Shown here one piece after another: positions 37,766-50,784 of a stretch of DNA of 64,000 nt. This stretch comes from Chrysomallon squamiferum (Eukaryota > Animalia > Mollusca), in assembly GCA_012295275.1 (NCBI GenBank), contig CM022665.1, forward strand, positions 18,352,001 to 18,416,000, read 5' to 3'. Within the stretch, counting starts at the first letter, position 1; each line of letters opens with the position of its first letter. A program made the translations under genes and the position numbers. A model generated the notes under the pieces. It saw only the letters and a program-made list of their open reading frames with translations. It was not told the origin of the DNA and ran no database searches.

Positions 37766-40700
37766 AAAGGAAATTAAAAACAACAACATATTCACAGAGA
37801 ATCGATCCCGTGCATAACATTAGCTACAGCCAGCATGGTCAGTGCATGGTTTTTGTGGAATCCGGCATAATGTATTTCCTATATCGATTTATTTCTGACA
37901 GTGACGGCTGTCTGACTATCCGTGAGTCCAGAAATAGCTCTGTCTTCCGAAACAAGCTTATAAAGTGTAGAGAGCGATCTCAAAATAGAATCATACAACA
38001 AGCGACATGACATGTTGTTATTCTCAGACGACGTGGGCGAGTGCAAACAGAAACCAAGGACTTGGATATCTTCTGCTGCGAAATATGAATTAACCTTCAT
38101 CTGTCTCACTGGACACGCTCTTAATCATCCACCCCAGACTTTGTCCTTCCCTGATATTTTTAATTTAATAGAAATCTGAATGTATATATATATATATATA
38201 ATTACATAGGTGGTTACTTCTTTTTTCTTTCTTTCTTTTTTTTTGCGGTATATTTGCTAAATGCGTAGGCTAAAAATACTGATTTAGTTCAAACGGTTTT
38301 GGTTTTGTGTCTGCGTTGGGCTGTGTGTGCCCAAAAATAATTACTTTATTCAATTATTTTATTTTATTTTAATTATTTTTTTAATTTTATTTATTTTTTA
38401 ATTTGTTTTTGTTGTTGTTGTTTTGAAATATATGATATTCATTAGATATTCAGGTACGCTTTCTATGTAACTCAGTATTCTCTGCCATCTCGTTTTGATT
38501 ATAATTATGTCACACTTAGGCTTTAAGTCAAAACAGAATCCGGGACCAGCACGCGATCCATGTACCCTTAGTAGCAAAATACGAACGCTTTACCAATACT
38601 ACGTCATCACTATTGTTTCAGTTTTACTTCATACACGGCGCTTTTATGTACATTAATTTATGCACATTAATATATTCACACATATTAAACACGTGCACAT
38701 AATCATACTGATAGATAACGTGTGCGCGCGTGCATGTGGCAGTAGGTGTGTTTGCGTGTGCGACAGAATTTGAGTTTGTGCCTGCTTCGAAAACATATAA
38801 CATCTATGGGTGAATGGGTGCAAGGAAAGAAATAAATAAAATATCAAAACCCTAAATAATGTTTAAATTATTTTAAAATTCATTCTTTGAAGTAAGCAAC
38901 TGTTGCGTATATTCAGAATGAACCACCACCTATCGATTTTTACCCCTCGTAAATAGGACAAAAGCAGCCCTTAACCTTTGACCTATCGATATTCGATAAA
39001 CAGTGGGCGAACGCCTACGCCTTTCTATACTACTGCTTGGAGTAGCTTACAAATAGTAAATTCGTTTCTTGAAATGCCTTTACTATAATTAATTACGACT
39101 TTAACTGGTGTATAGATAAATAAAAGAAAAAAGAAAAACACCGAGAAGAAAAAGAAAAAGAAAAGTGATAACAAAAATCATAATAATAAATAAATTACCA
39201 GTTAAATTCATTTTTTTTTCTTCTTCTGACGTGATGTAATTGATTTGACGTCTGCATCTGTTAGATCAGTATGTTAGATAATAACAGTGTTGTTGACAAG
39301 AATACGTTTTGAGGTGGGGGGGTTGAGACGTGAAGGAGAATTTTTTTTTTTTTTTTTTTTTTTGAGAATTGTTAAGAAAAGAAAAGAATAGAGAGAAAGA
39401 AAAAAATCCATAAATAAAAACTAGGAATTTATTTTGAGGTTGAAAAGGAGTTAATTTAAATAACTGAGCTGAGTGGAAAGAAGTAATTTCGTGAAATGTC
39501 ATTCTTAATGGAGAAGCATGAAAGGAAAGTTAGAGGAAAAGGTCATTTCTGTTAAACGTGGAAAATAATAATGTTATATTTATCGGCTATCTTCATTTGG
39601 AAAAATTATTATACCATTATAATCTATTCTGGTTCTTAAAGATTATAATAATAATAAGAATGATAATTATAACGATTACAATGATGATAAAATTATACTA
39701 ATTAAAATTAAGAGACAAAAGCTAGTAATAACGATATTCATTAAACATAAATCACGTGATTTTATTGTTAGATATAGGTTACACGGCTTACTGAAGAAAT
39801 AACAAACAAAACAGGTGCTTCCACTTGATTGGTCTACAAATAAAAAGCAGACGACATTAAGTTTACAGTAAATCGAGAAGCAAACGTATCCATCTTTTGG
39901 AAGGTATAGATTTCATCTGATAGAAAACTCGATGAAGACAGAAAATTTATTATATACTGGGATTACCCCAAAGCAGGTATTTAAAAGGTCATTTTTCTCA
40001 ACATCATTATTTTCTTTATTTCAATTTGAGTAGATGAACGGATTTGTTCATTGAAACAAATGTATATGTTAAGACTTTCTCTTTTTTCCTTCTTTTTTTT
40101 TTTTTCTTTTTCTGCTTTTCTTTATTTTCTTGTTTTGAATGCACAAATTATTGTTATAAATTTATTTTTATTTTATTTTATTATTACAGTACAGTACAGT
40201 ACATTATATTACATAATATTATATTATACTGTGTTATTATTATATCATATCATATATTATATCACATCATATCATATCAAATCATCATAACATATCATGT
40301 CATATTGCATTACATTACATTATTTATTATTTGGACAGTGATAAGAATTCACATTAAGCTTGTTCATTCAGCAAATATGAGTGAGTTTTAAATAGCTTAC
40401 TAGGAGCCAAGAAAATCGAATAGAACATTTGCACGTAAGCTTGTCATTTGATTAACGTTAAACAGTTCATGATATCATAAAAATGATTTTAAAAAATTAT
40501 ATTTTATTATTATTATTATTATTTTAATTTCTTTTATTTACTTATTTTCTTTTATTATTTTATTTATTTATTATTATTTTTTTTTTTTTTATATGGCTAC
40601 ATTTCCAGTCAGTTTGTTTTGATGTTCGTTTATTGACTTTGCGGTTTGTACATAGCTGACACCTTTGCTTATTTCGAAGTTCAAAAGAAAAAAATAGCTG

Positions 40701-40989
40701 ATTTTAATCAAAAACAGCCGTGGGTAACGTATTAAAAATAGCCGAACAGTAAATGTGATTTTGAAGAAGCCGCATAATAAATTTCAGCGAAGTATTCTGA
40801 AGTGCATGATCCCAATTGGCGGAGATGTTGAAAGACGTCATGACTCTCCTTGGTAACCTGGTGATTCGTAAAATAACATAACCATATAAGGAAGGTAAAG
40901 GTTCATTATGCTTCCTGTGTTCATTGCCCATTCTCTCGCGAGCCAAGCCCGAGCTACGTTATTGTTGTGAAAATAAAACGATCGATCGT

Positions 40990-41299
40990 CTGTCGCTCAC
41001 TGACGTAAACGCAGGCAGATTACTTGGCGACAGATTTTCCTACGTTGCCGGGGAGAATTTCTGAATGAAATAGATTTCAGCATCGCAATTCATTCACTAT
41101 CGACGTCACAGCAGCAAAATATTCTCAGATCGTAATGTCTACATTCGAAAAATATCTGCTGCCGATTTAGAAACCGAGAGAAAGGCGAAAAACCCCAAAG
41201 TGTTACAAAAATAATTTTTATTTAAATACAAAACGGACTCAGTTTATTCATTAATTGGAACTTTTTCCTCAAGGGAACACCGAAGCTTTACGCTTAAAG
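40990..41299 (+). promoter_or_regulatory. Probable proximal promoter and non-coding first exon of TENT5
   Basis: CpG-rich; TGACGTAA at 41001; Inr-like TCATTC near 41090; GACGTCA at 41102; perfect donor AAG|gtaagt at 41299/41300. Confidence 0.55.
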
Positions 41300-41549
41300 G
41301 TAAGTACGAATAAATGTACCATATGTGACACCGAGATCGATTCATATGTACACAATATTTGTGTTTCGAATATTCTGTACTGACAGTCTGTTACAACAGA
41401 ATTGGCTTAGTATACATTTACGTACGTGTGCGTATGTGAGTATGGGTTAGCTGTGTCAGCATTATAGGAACATTAAATGTCATCTGATCGTATTCCTTTT
41501 TTAAAAAATAATAATTCTTTAGTTGGAAATTCAAATGCAGATAGTACGC

Positions 41550-41594
<45 letters not shown>

Positions 41595-41596
<2 letters not shown>

Positions 41597-41691
41597 GCTG
41601 TGTAAAGTTTACTCATAAACGGGGATAGTGAATTCTAAAAAAAAAATAATTCAAGAAAAAACACCCAACTCCAACCCCTCCCCTTGCCCCG
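41595..41691. repeat. About 100-bp segment duplicated at 44089-44187 (copy 1)
   Basis: (TTA)n-AAGCTGTGTAAAG.TTACTCATAAACGGGGATAGTGA...CCCAACTCCAA...TTGCCCCG in both copies. Confidence 0.88.
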
Positions 41692-41808
41692 TGAATGGAA
41701 TTAATATATTGCTATTGAAATCCAGCTATGATACAGATTTTATATAATATTAAAATTCATCAGATAATAAATGAGAATTTTAGCTGTCTTTACCATCATC
41801 ATCATCAT

Positions 41809-41846
<38 letters not shown>

Positions 41847-42619
41847 TACCTGAACACAATACAAACGATATTGCATCGGATGCAGTTGCTGTTGGTACTG
41901 TCGCTGCAGCAACACTAATTATCCCGATATTTTATTTTATTTACGCCACAATAGCGACTCGCTTATTAATCCTGCCGTCATTTCAGTATGAGAATATGAA
42001 AATATGATTAATTTAAAAAAAAAAAAAAAAAAAGTAATAGAATAAGAAAAAAAAACAAAAAAAAAACAGAGAGAGAAAGAATAATCGAACCAGCTTAATA
42101 ATATCACAACATGCACGATAACGTTCTCGCAGCGGTGGAGGTGTTTTAAATTATTGCCGATTAGCAGATAAAATTTATTCTTGTCCAAAAGCTAGGAAAT
42201 TTTTAATATTTTTTCGTTGTTTATTATTATTTTTTCGTATTATTGTAGTAGTTGTTTTTCTTGTTTTGTTGTTGTCTATTGTTATTTAATTTTTTGATAA
42301 TTATTTTTTAATGAAATATTTCTCTAGATTTTTATAGAAGAGAAGAAAAAATATAAAATAATCTTACTTTTGTTGGGTTTTCTTGTTCGTATTTATTCAT
42401 TTTATGTTTATTTCTATTTTTTATTTATTTATTTATTTTTTTTTTTTTTTTTTATTTATTTTTTTTTTTTTTGTCTGCCAATTAAAATATTTACTCACAG
42501 CTTTGGTGCTGAAATATTACGGCACTTTGCGGTGAATACAATGACACAAAAGGATCACAATAATAATAATAATATGTTTATAGGTAATTACAACTTTTAC
42601 TGAAGAAGAGAATCATTGA

Positions 42620-42651
<32 letters not shown>

Positions 42652-43242
42652 TTATGACTATTTTTGTTGTTGCTGCTGCTGCTCAGCTGTACCTGTTCGT
42701 TTTGAACTGATGCTATCGTTTTTTTGTGTGTGTGTTTTTTTTTTTTTTTTTGCTGACGTCATAATATTTATAACTGACATCAAGCAGACGATCTAAATCT
42801 ATTTTGGACAATACGATCTAAAACGTGGCCACAACTATCATGTTTCACAGCAGCTTGATCTGACAAGCAATGAACGCGTTTTTCATGTTAGTATATTCAC
42901 TGCACAATATACTCTTGTCTTTCTTCTAGTTACGTAAAAAAATTAAGGAAAATGTATGATTAATAAAAGTAAAAAAATACTGTTCATCTGTGCTTTGACC
43001 TGGTCGCTGGGCAAATCGTATTTCGGTTCACTCTTTGGGCTATTTCCCGCTACAGTCAGTTCTGTCTAATAGAACACCGGTCGCTATTTTCGTGTCTACT
43101 GGAAGGTGCAGTCTAAGTCCTGTTAATTGTAAGAGTAGTGCATGATATAGTTCCCTCTGCCATATTATTCATAACGTTATTTAAAAACCGCTGAACTAAC
43201 ACACAATAAACCTTAATATTGATGTTTTGAGATATACTTAAA

Positions 43243-43305
<63 letters not shown>

Positions 43306-43389
43306 CTAGTCTTACTCGTGGAAATAATAACTAAAGAAAGATGCATATAACTACTTGAATTCTTTTTTGTTTTTTTAAATATACTGTAC

Positions 43390-43442
<53 letters not shown>

Positions 43443-44053
43443 TAATAATAATACAAAATTTATAATATACTTTTGTTAATCGAATAATAATGGCGGCAGC
43501 CGATTTATTTACTTATTTTTCTCTTCACCATTCATTAGTGTATGCTTGTCAGTTATGAGCTATATTAAAATAATAAGTATGTTCAGAGCATCGTCATGCT
43601 GTCAGTAAAATTAATAAAAACAATTAAAAGTAAAATGTGCGAGGCTTTTTTTTTGTCTCTTAGGGGAAGTAACTCGAGTCGTTATAAATTATTGGCAATT
43701 GTTATAGACTGAAATGGATACAGTAATGCAGTAGCAGCAATACGCTATTTATAAGTTTTTATTTGACTATTGCATAGCTGCTACTGAACATATTTTAAGT
43801 AAACAAAGGTAGCATAGTATCAACGGTATATAAATGTTATGGTTTGTTTGTTTGTTGTCTTTTTGTTTGTTTTTTTGTTGTTGGGGTTTTGGTGGGTTTT
43901 CTCTTTTTTTCAATGTTTTTTTTTTGGGGGGGGGTGTCCCCTTAATTTAGGCGGATCCAGGATTTCTGAAAAGGGAGTTTGGTTGATCTTTCAGACAGAT
44001 GATGATGATGATGATGATGATAATAATAATAATAATAATTATTATTATTATTA

Positions 44054-44088
<35 letters not shown>

Positions 44089-44090
<2 letters not shown>

Positions 44091-44187
44091 GCTGTGTAAA
44101 GCTTACTCATAAACGGGGATAGTGATTTCGAAAAAAAAATAATTAAAGAAAAAAAAAACCCAACTCCAAACCCACTTCTTGCCCCGC
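44089..44187. repeat. About 100-bp duplicated segment (copy 2), downstream of a GGCGGATCCAGGATTT transposon-like end at 43950
   Basis: Direct repeat of 41595-41691, including the preceding (TTA)n tract. Confidence 0.88.
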
Positions 44188-44974
44188 CAAATAAAGAAAA
44201 ACGAACTAAAAAAGCTTCCATATGTTATAAAATATTGATATAAACGAAACAGGACATATGATTGTGAAAGTGTAAATTTCTCGGAAGGCTGGTTTACTTT
44301 CTGTTTCACATAGCTATAATTATTTATTATGAAACCGCTCGTTTTGATCCCGCTTCTTTTTTACAATCCCGTGATCGATCAAAAAGCTAACGTTTAACTT
44401 CGTGCTTAAGCTGTATCGAGTTTTCCCCTTTTGCTTAAATAATGTCAACACTTTTGTAGTGAACTTTATTAACTCGGCTGTGTTGTTCAGCGTCAAGTTT
44501 ACTGAGAAAGGAAAAAAGGGTAGGGGGAGAAAAAACTGAAGTATTTCACAAATATGAGAAATAACATCTGCGAAAGCTAGCTGTCACTATCAACCAACGA
44601 TCGCTGCCAATCATCGCTTGCTAAACATAGCCATAGGGATTTCACCGAATACATTCGCCATAACAAAATAGTGCCTTTTCGAATACGATAGAATTTTTTG
44701 AATTTGTATGAAATTATATTAATAATAATATTATACTCACTTAAAACATGCACATAAATAGAAATAGCATCGCTCAATTGTGTTCAGTTTAGCGAACAAC
44801 GGCCACAGCTGGCAGGGCGCGGAGTAATATCAAGTGGCGTCCACAATAGTTGTACGTAATAAGCAACCAATTTGTCTATTCTGCAGATTACGGGCTGCCG
44901 TCGGGAGCAAGTGTTGTGTTTTGTAGCCGGTGTCATTTCGTTTGGTAACATATTTTAGTACCTAACTCCACTGA

Positions 44975-45020
44975 CACAACTTTTTACTTTCAGGAAACAA
45001 CTGATACTGTTTTTCCTTAG
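44975..45020 (+). other. Splice acceptor(s) of the TENT5 coding exon
   Basis: Branch-like ctaac/ctgac, then tttttactttcag (ends 44993) and a second candidate tttttccttag (ends 45020). Confidence 0.6.
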
Positions 45021-45031
45021 TGAATATTGGC

Positions 45032-46285
45032 ATGGCGAATTTGTGTGGAAACCGTTTCCAAGTTTTGTGTCATGAACAAGTCGCCCGGCTTGGAGAAGTG
45101 ATGGAAGACATTGTTCCAATTCACGGCCGGGGAAATTTCCCGACACTGGAATTGAAACTTAAAGACTTGGTGCAAATGTTGAAAGAAAAATTAAAGGAAG
45201 ACGGCGTCTCTGTACGTGACATTCGCTTAAATGGCGGTGCGGCAAGTTATATTTTGGGTACAGACACCGTTCAGTCGTACAACGATTTAGACCTAATTTT
45301 TGGAGTTGATCTTTCGAGCCATACAAATTTACAGAAAATCAAAAGCTGCGTTCTCGGTTGCTTGTTGGATTTTTTACCCGATGGTGTCAACAAAGAGAAG
45401 ATGAATAGTTGTAATTTAAAAGAAGCATATGTTCAAAAGATGGTGAAAGTCTGCAATGAACACGGAGACAAGTGGAGCCTGATTTCGCTGCTAAACAACA
45501 AGGGTAAGAATGTTGAATTAAAATTCGTTGATAAAATGAAACGTCAGTTCGAATTCAGCGTGGATTCTTTCCAAATTATTTTGGATAGTTTGTTAAAATT
45601 CTACGAGATTTCCACGGCACCAATGGGAGAGCATTTTTACCCTACCGTGGTCGCAGAAAGCGTCTACGGCGACTTTTCTGAAGCGTGGAGTCATCTTACC
45701 AATAAGCTAATAGCAACCCGAAATCCCGAAGAAATTCGAGGTGGTGGATTACTGAAATACTGCAACCTTCTCGTGCGTGGATTTAACGCGGCCAACCATG
45801 TTGATATTAGAACGATGGAACGTTACATGTGTTCACGTTTTTTCATCGACTTCAGTGATATAAATCAACAAAGACAGAAACTGGTGGCATACCTCGCTAA
45901 CCACTTCAGTGACGACGAAGGTCTCCAGTATGAGTACCTTCTCACCCTGTACCGTGTTGTAGATGAGAGTACCATTTGCTTGATGGGACACGAGAGGAGG
46001 CAGACTCTGAACCTCATCCATCAGCTGGCTTACCAGGTATACCTTGAGCAGGAGCAGAAGGCCGCCCGAAAGTGTATCGATCTTCAGCAGCTTGACCAGC
46101 TCAACAATCTGGTAATAGACCAAGTCTTCTATGGTCCCTTCAGTGCGCCCTCACCCACAGGTGGCAGTCAGTATTACAGCTACAACAGCATGCCTTCGTC
46201 ATCTTCGACATACCAGATTGGCGTTGGAGGAGCATCAACATACGGCACATGTCCCTACTGCCCTCCTTATCTGCAATGCTCTTAG
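45032..46285 (+). CDS. TENT5: Terminal nucleotidyltransferase 5 (TENT5/FAM46) non-canonical poly(A) polymerase, 417 aa, single coding exon
   Basis: Motifs [23 protein letters not shown], catalytic [98 protein letters not shown] and [18 protein letters not shown]. First ATG at 45032 has good context (GGCATGG); in-frame TGA at 45002. Confidence 0.97.
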   Translation: MANLCGNRFQVLCHEQVARLGEVMEDIVPIHGRGNFPTLELKLKDLVQMLKEKLKEDGVSVRDIRLNGGAASYILGTDTVQSYNDLDLIFGVDLSSHTNLQKIKSCVLGCLLDFLPDGVNKEKMNSCNLKEAYVQKMVKVCNEHGDKWSLISLLNNKGKNVELKFVDKMKRQFEFSVDSFQIILDSLLKFYEISTAPMGEHFYPTVVAESVYGDFSEAWSHLTNKLIATRNPEEIRGGGLLKYCNLLVRGFNAANHVDIRTMERYMCSRFFIDFSDINQQRQKLVAYLANHFSDDEGLQYEYLLTLYRVVDESTICLMGHERRQTLNLIHQLAYQVYLEQEQKAARKCIDLQQLDQLNNLVIDQVFYGPFSAPSPTGGSQYYSYNSMPSSSSTYQIGVGGASTYGTCPYCPPYLQCS

Positions 46286-49200
46286 ATCATTCATCACAAC
46301 TTCTTGCTCTCAAGAAAAAAGTAAAAAAACAGCAAGAAGGTTTGTTATTGCTTAGACAATAACTTTTTCCAAAATTTCTGTGATCAATTATTTTTATTAT
46401 TTTTCTCCCATTTTTGGGGCAGTTATATGCATTGGTTGGGGTTTTATTTTATTATATATTTTTTTTTATTTTGTTTGTCTTGCTTTAGATCATCAAATAG
46501 TCTCAAAATATATATTTTTTTCCTAAGCTAAGGGTAATATAGCCATTTTTTTCCTTGTTACAGATATATACATGTGTATATGTATGTATGTTTGTGTGTA
46601 TATAAATATATATATATACATATATATATATATGTTTAAAAAAAATATATAACTTTTTTTCTGTATGTATGCGTGCATGTTTGTGTGTGCTCAACTTAAT
46701 ATGAATTTGTAAAGGGACCATACATACATATATATATTTTTTGTTGTGGTCCATTAAGATAGCACATTTTTATCATATTGTCATTTTTCTGAAAGATCAT
46801 TTATTGTTGTTTGTTTAATGTGCTCACCTTATTTCCATACCCAGCTACTAACTGATAGACCAAAGAAATGGATCACTTTAAAAAAAAAAAAAAAAAAAAT
46901 TTTAGAAAACAAAAAAAAACCTTCATCAATGAGCATGGTTCTGAGTATTTCAGATAAGGTATTCATACCAGAATTTAGCTTGTCAACTGCTAATTAATCT
47001 TAACTGTAACAACTAAAATTAACTTCACTACAGATTTAAAAAAAAATTTAAAGTGTTAAATGACAGGCCCAGTTTGAGTAGTTTGTAACCCTCCACCTAG
47101 AAGTTAAGGTTTAAAGAAGAAATTTTTTGTTTAAAAGTACTTAAAACAATAATAATGTCAAATATGAAATCACCATGTATATATAAAAATGGCATTTTAC
47201 AAAATTTTTAAAATTAATTATTCATTTTATATTTTTTTTAATTATTTTTTTTTGTTTATTCATTTTGTTTTTTCTAACTTTGTTATGGTATGTTTTATAG
47301 GTAATGATACACAGGTGAGCAGAGAATTAATTAAATGCATTATAAACATTTCATACAGTGCATTTACCTTCAAACTTCAAACTCAAACAGCATACCACTA
47401 CGCAACTTATGTAAATATTAAGCTGAAGTAAACTATAAAATAGTCGGCATGTGCTGTTTTCAATGTAACAGTTGGTAGCATTAACAAATAAATCCATTAA
47501 CAAGATTTGTTGGCAAATTCTGATATGGTATATCTGGTGTAAGTGACAGGACTATATATGTGTGTGTGTGTGTGTGTGTGCATTATAAAAATATGAAAAG
47601 ATAATTTTAAAGAATTAGATTCTTTTTTTTCATTTTTTTTTTTATAATGTGTATTCAAAATTGTTACTGGTGATTTCATATTTAATTTGGGTATTTACCA
47701 AAAAATTATAATAAAATTAAGAAAGGTGGTAGGCTGAAAATGAATAATTTGAACAATATTAAACTCTGATAGAAGTAATTTCCGAGTGTTAATTATAGAA
47801 CTTCATTCATGAAAATGGTTTATTTGTCACACATAAACAGTTTTACTTAACTAGCTGTACACTTAATGATTTACCTATAATAATAACTTCCTGTATATTA
47901 ATTTAGTTCTGCAATAACAAATGGTTGTTACTGTGTTATATATTATTACCTTTTTTTTATTTACTATAATACAAAATAACTAAATAACACAAAAGAAAAT
48001 ATGTTGTTACCTAAAATATTGTTTTCCTGTATTATATTGTATCCATAGTATCTTTTGATCATTGTTTGATTAAACTGTAAACAGCAGGTAATTTTTTATT
48101 ATTATTATTTTTTTTATATATATATTTAAGCTATGTGTCAAACAGTTTAAGAATTTTGATGAAAAAAGTAAACTTTTTTAAAAATACATTTTGAAAATGT
48201 ATAAATTTTATGACAGAAATGTATTGTTTGATGAATTTTACCTGTAAATTTGTATACATGTTAAAAGTAATAATTTTTGGAATTGTGATAATTATATTAA
48301 CTGCTGCTTTGGATACAAATGTACTTGTACATTTTTTTCTTTCTTTCTCCAAGGGCAATATTTTTTGAAAGGTTAATTCGTTAGATGTTATATTAAAGTT
48401 TAAGGAAAAAGTGCAATATCTCCTTTTTCTTCTTCTTTATAAATGTGTCACGAATGTTTTTTCTCTATCCAACTAAATGTCATTTGTTTTTTAAACAAAA
48501 ATAATTTTTAAAAACACTAAAAACTGAATTACAGTAAAGTGTGTATACTTATTAAATAGGACTAAAATTACGTTAAGATTGTTAGTCTGGGTTTTTTGTC
48601 AAGATGAAGAAGAAAAAAATTGGGGGAAAAAAAGATTAAAAGAGTGATGTTACCCAATTTCAAACTGTTACAATTTTCATTATTTAATTTTTAAATTACT
48701 TTTTTATTTATTTACTTCTTTTTCTTCTTCTTTTTATTTTTCATTTTTTTTTCATTTTTCTTCTGGTTTAGACCAAATCTGAACCAAATCAAAAATGGGG
48801 AAAAAAAAAAGAAAAAAAAAAAAAACCTTGAAAATTTAAAAAAAACTAAAAACTGTGTTTTTAAAAAAAAAAAAAAAAAAAAATATTTTTGTTACAAACT
48901 TTCCTCATATTAAAGGTGTATGAGATAGCAAAGAACTTTAAAGTATCCTGCACTTTAAATAAATACTTTTGTTTTTTTTGTTTTTGTGTTTTTGGATTGG
49001 ATAGCATTATACAAGTTCCCATGTTAACAAGTGATTTGATATTGGCAGCTAAATTTTTCAATAAAGCTATTGATGTATGATGTATGTAATGCACGTTTTA
49101 CCTCAGCACCCATCATGAGTCAAGTCTGTGTGTAAAGGTTAACAAACATTAAACATAATAAGCTGCCATGAAAAAAGAAAAAAGAAACTTATTTTGTTTT

Positions 49201-50750
49201 TCGAAGCATCTTGTAGATTTTATTTCATGTTATCATGTACATTTAAGTAACATCTTGTCATATTAATCAGATTAATATGCAGATATATTTGTTTATCTTA
49301 ATAAAAATTTAAAAAAAATAAAAAAATTATAAAACCAATTTAAATTATGTTCTTTGTTGAAATAGTTTAATGTGTAAGTAAATTTAGTGTGTTTTTATTT
49401 AGGTTGGGGTATAATTATACAAGACATTGTAATAGTATAATTATATATATATTTCTTGAATTAATTAAAATACAATTACTGAATGATAAAGCTGATGGAA
49501 TTTCATCTTGAATATCTTGGGACATATTTACATAAAACTTTTTCTTTAACAAACCATTCATTTAATAATTTAATGCTGAATTCATTTTGGTAAGATTTTA
49601 AATGTAGTGAAATCTAAAGCTGCAATCACACCTCATAATGTTTTGAACCTTTGTAGAAATTGGATATATCAGTTACATTGTCATTGGTGTTTGTTATTTA
49701 GGATGGGGTATGGCTATTCAGTATATAGATTTTTTGTTTTGTTTTTAAGGGATAAAGTACAAAATGCTGTATATACACAAATAGGACATACCTTGTGTTA
49801 AAACAATAAGTGTTAATCTGTTATCTTATCACAAAATGACAAGACCTGCAAAATGTGATAAACAGTAAAAATGTTAATCATTTGTGACAGTATTGAAATT
49901 TGACCCTGGTAGCTATCGGCTGTTTGAATACATTTGTTACCATTAATGGTTGAGAAATGGGTGGGGGGGTCTTAGATCTTAATACTGATAGATTATTGAA
50001 ATGTGGACGAGATTTTGATGGTTTTGAGGTCATAACTTTTGAATTTTTATTACTTTTAAAAAAAAAATATTTCAGATGGTTTAAGATTTTAAAACAATGG
50101 GATAAAAAAAAAATCCAGAAATCAAATTTAGAAAATGAATTTCTGTTGATATTTTTGTTTGCAGTTGTTGAAAATTTTTACTTTTCATGACATTAATGTT
50201 AATCCATTTAATATGCACTGAATTTATTTTTTGTCTTACATACCTGTGTAATAATGACCATATCCATCTCAGATATATATATTTTTTCTTCTCATTTCCA
50301 TTCTTCATTTTCAAGCACAAATAAAATATTGAATATATTTATTTTGTCAACAAACATGTCCACCATGTCCCAGAATTATTTATCACATTGTAAAAGATGT
50401 CAAGATGTATCAGCTTTCAAAGTTAACCTGTTTTCAAACTTGATTCTTTTGTTGTTGATATTTTTTCTCTCTCTCCAAGTCATTATCATGATATGATGCT
50501 ATAATTTACATAATTATGGCTTGGTGATTGGATATATCTGTAACTATACATTTTTGTTTTTTTTTTTTTGGGTTTTGTTTTTGTTAAAAATGTAATGAAA
50601 GATGTAATTTGTTTTACATCATTATGCTGATCTTTTGCAAGTACATTGCACCAATTGTTACAACATTTTAAATTTTGAGGTATTTAGGAAAAAAAATGAA
50701 GGAAAAGTGATTAGTTGTCCATTATTTAATTGTAAAAAGTTTTAAGAATA

Positions 50751-50784
<34 letters not shown>

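Noticed and set aside
45020-45031. ORF-track GTG start for TENT5
   Set aside because: It overlaps a splice-acceptor AG; the eukaryotic start is more plausibly the ATG at 45032
45833-46123. 96-aa antisense ORF within TENT5
   Set aside because: Shadow ORF produced by the C/G-ending codon bias of the sense gene; no recognisable motif
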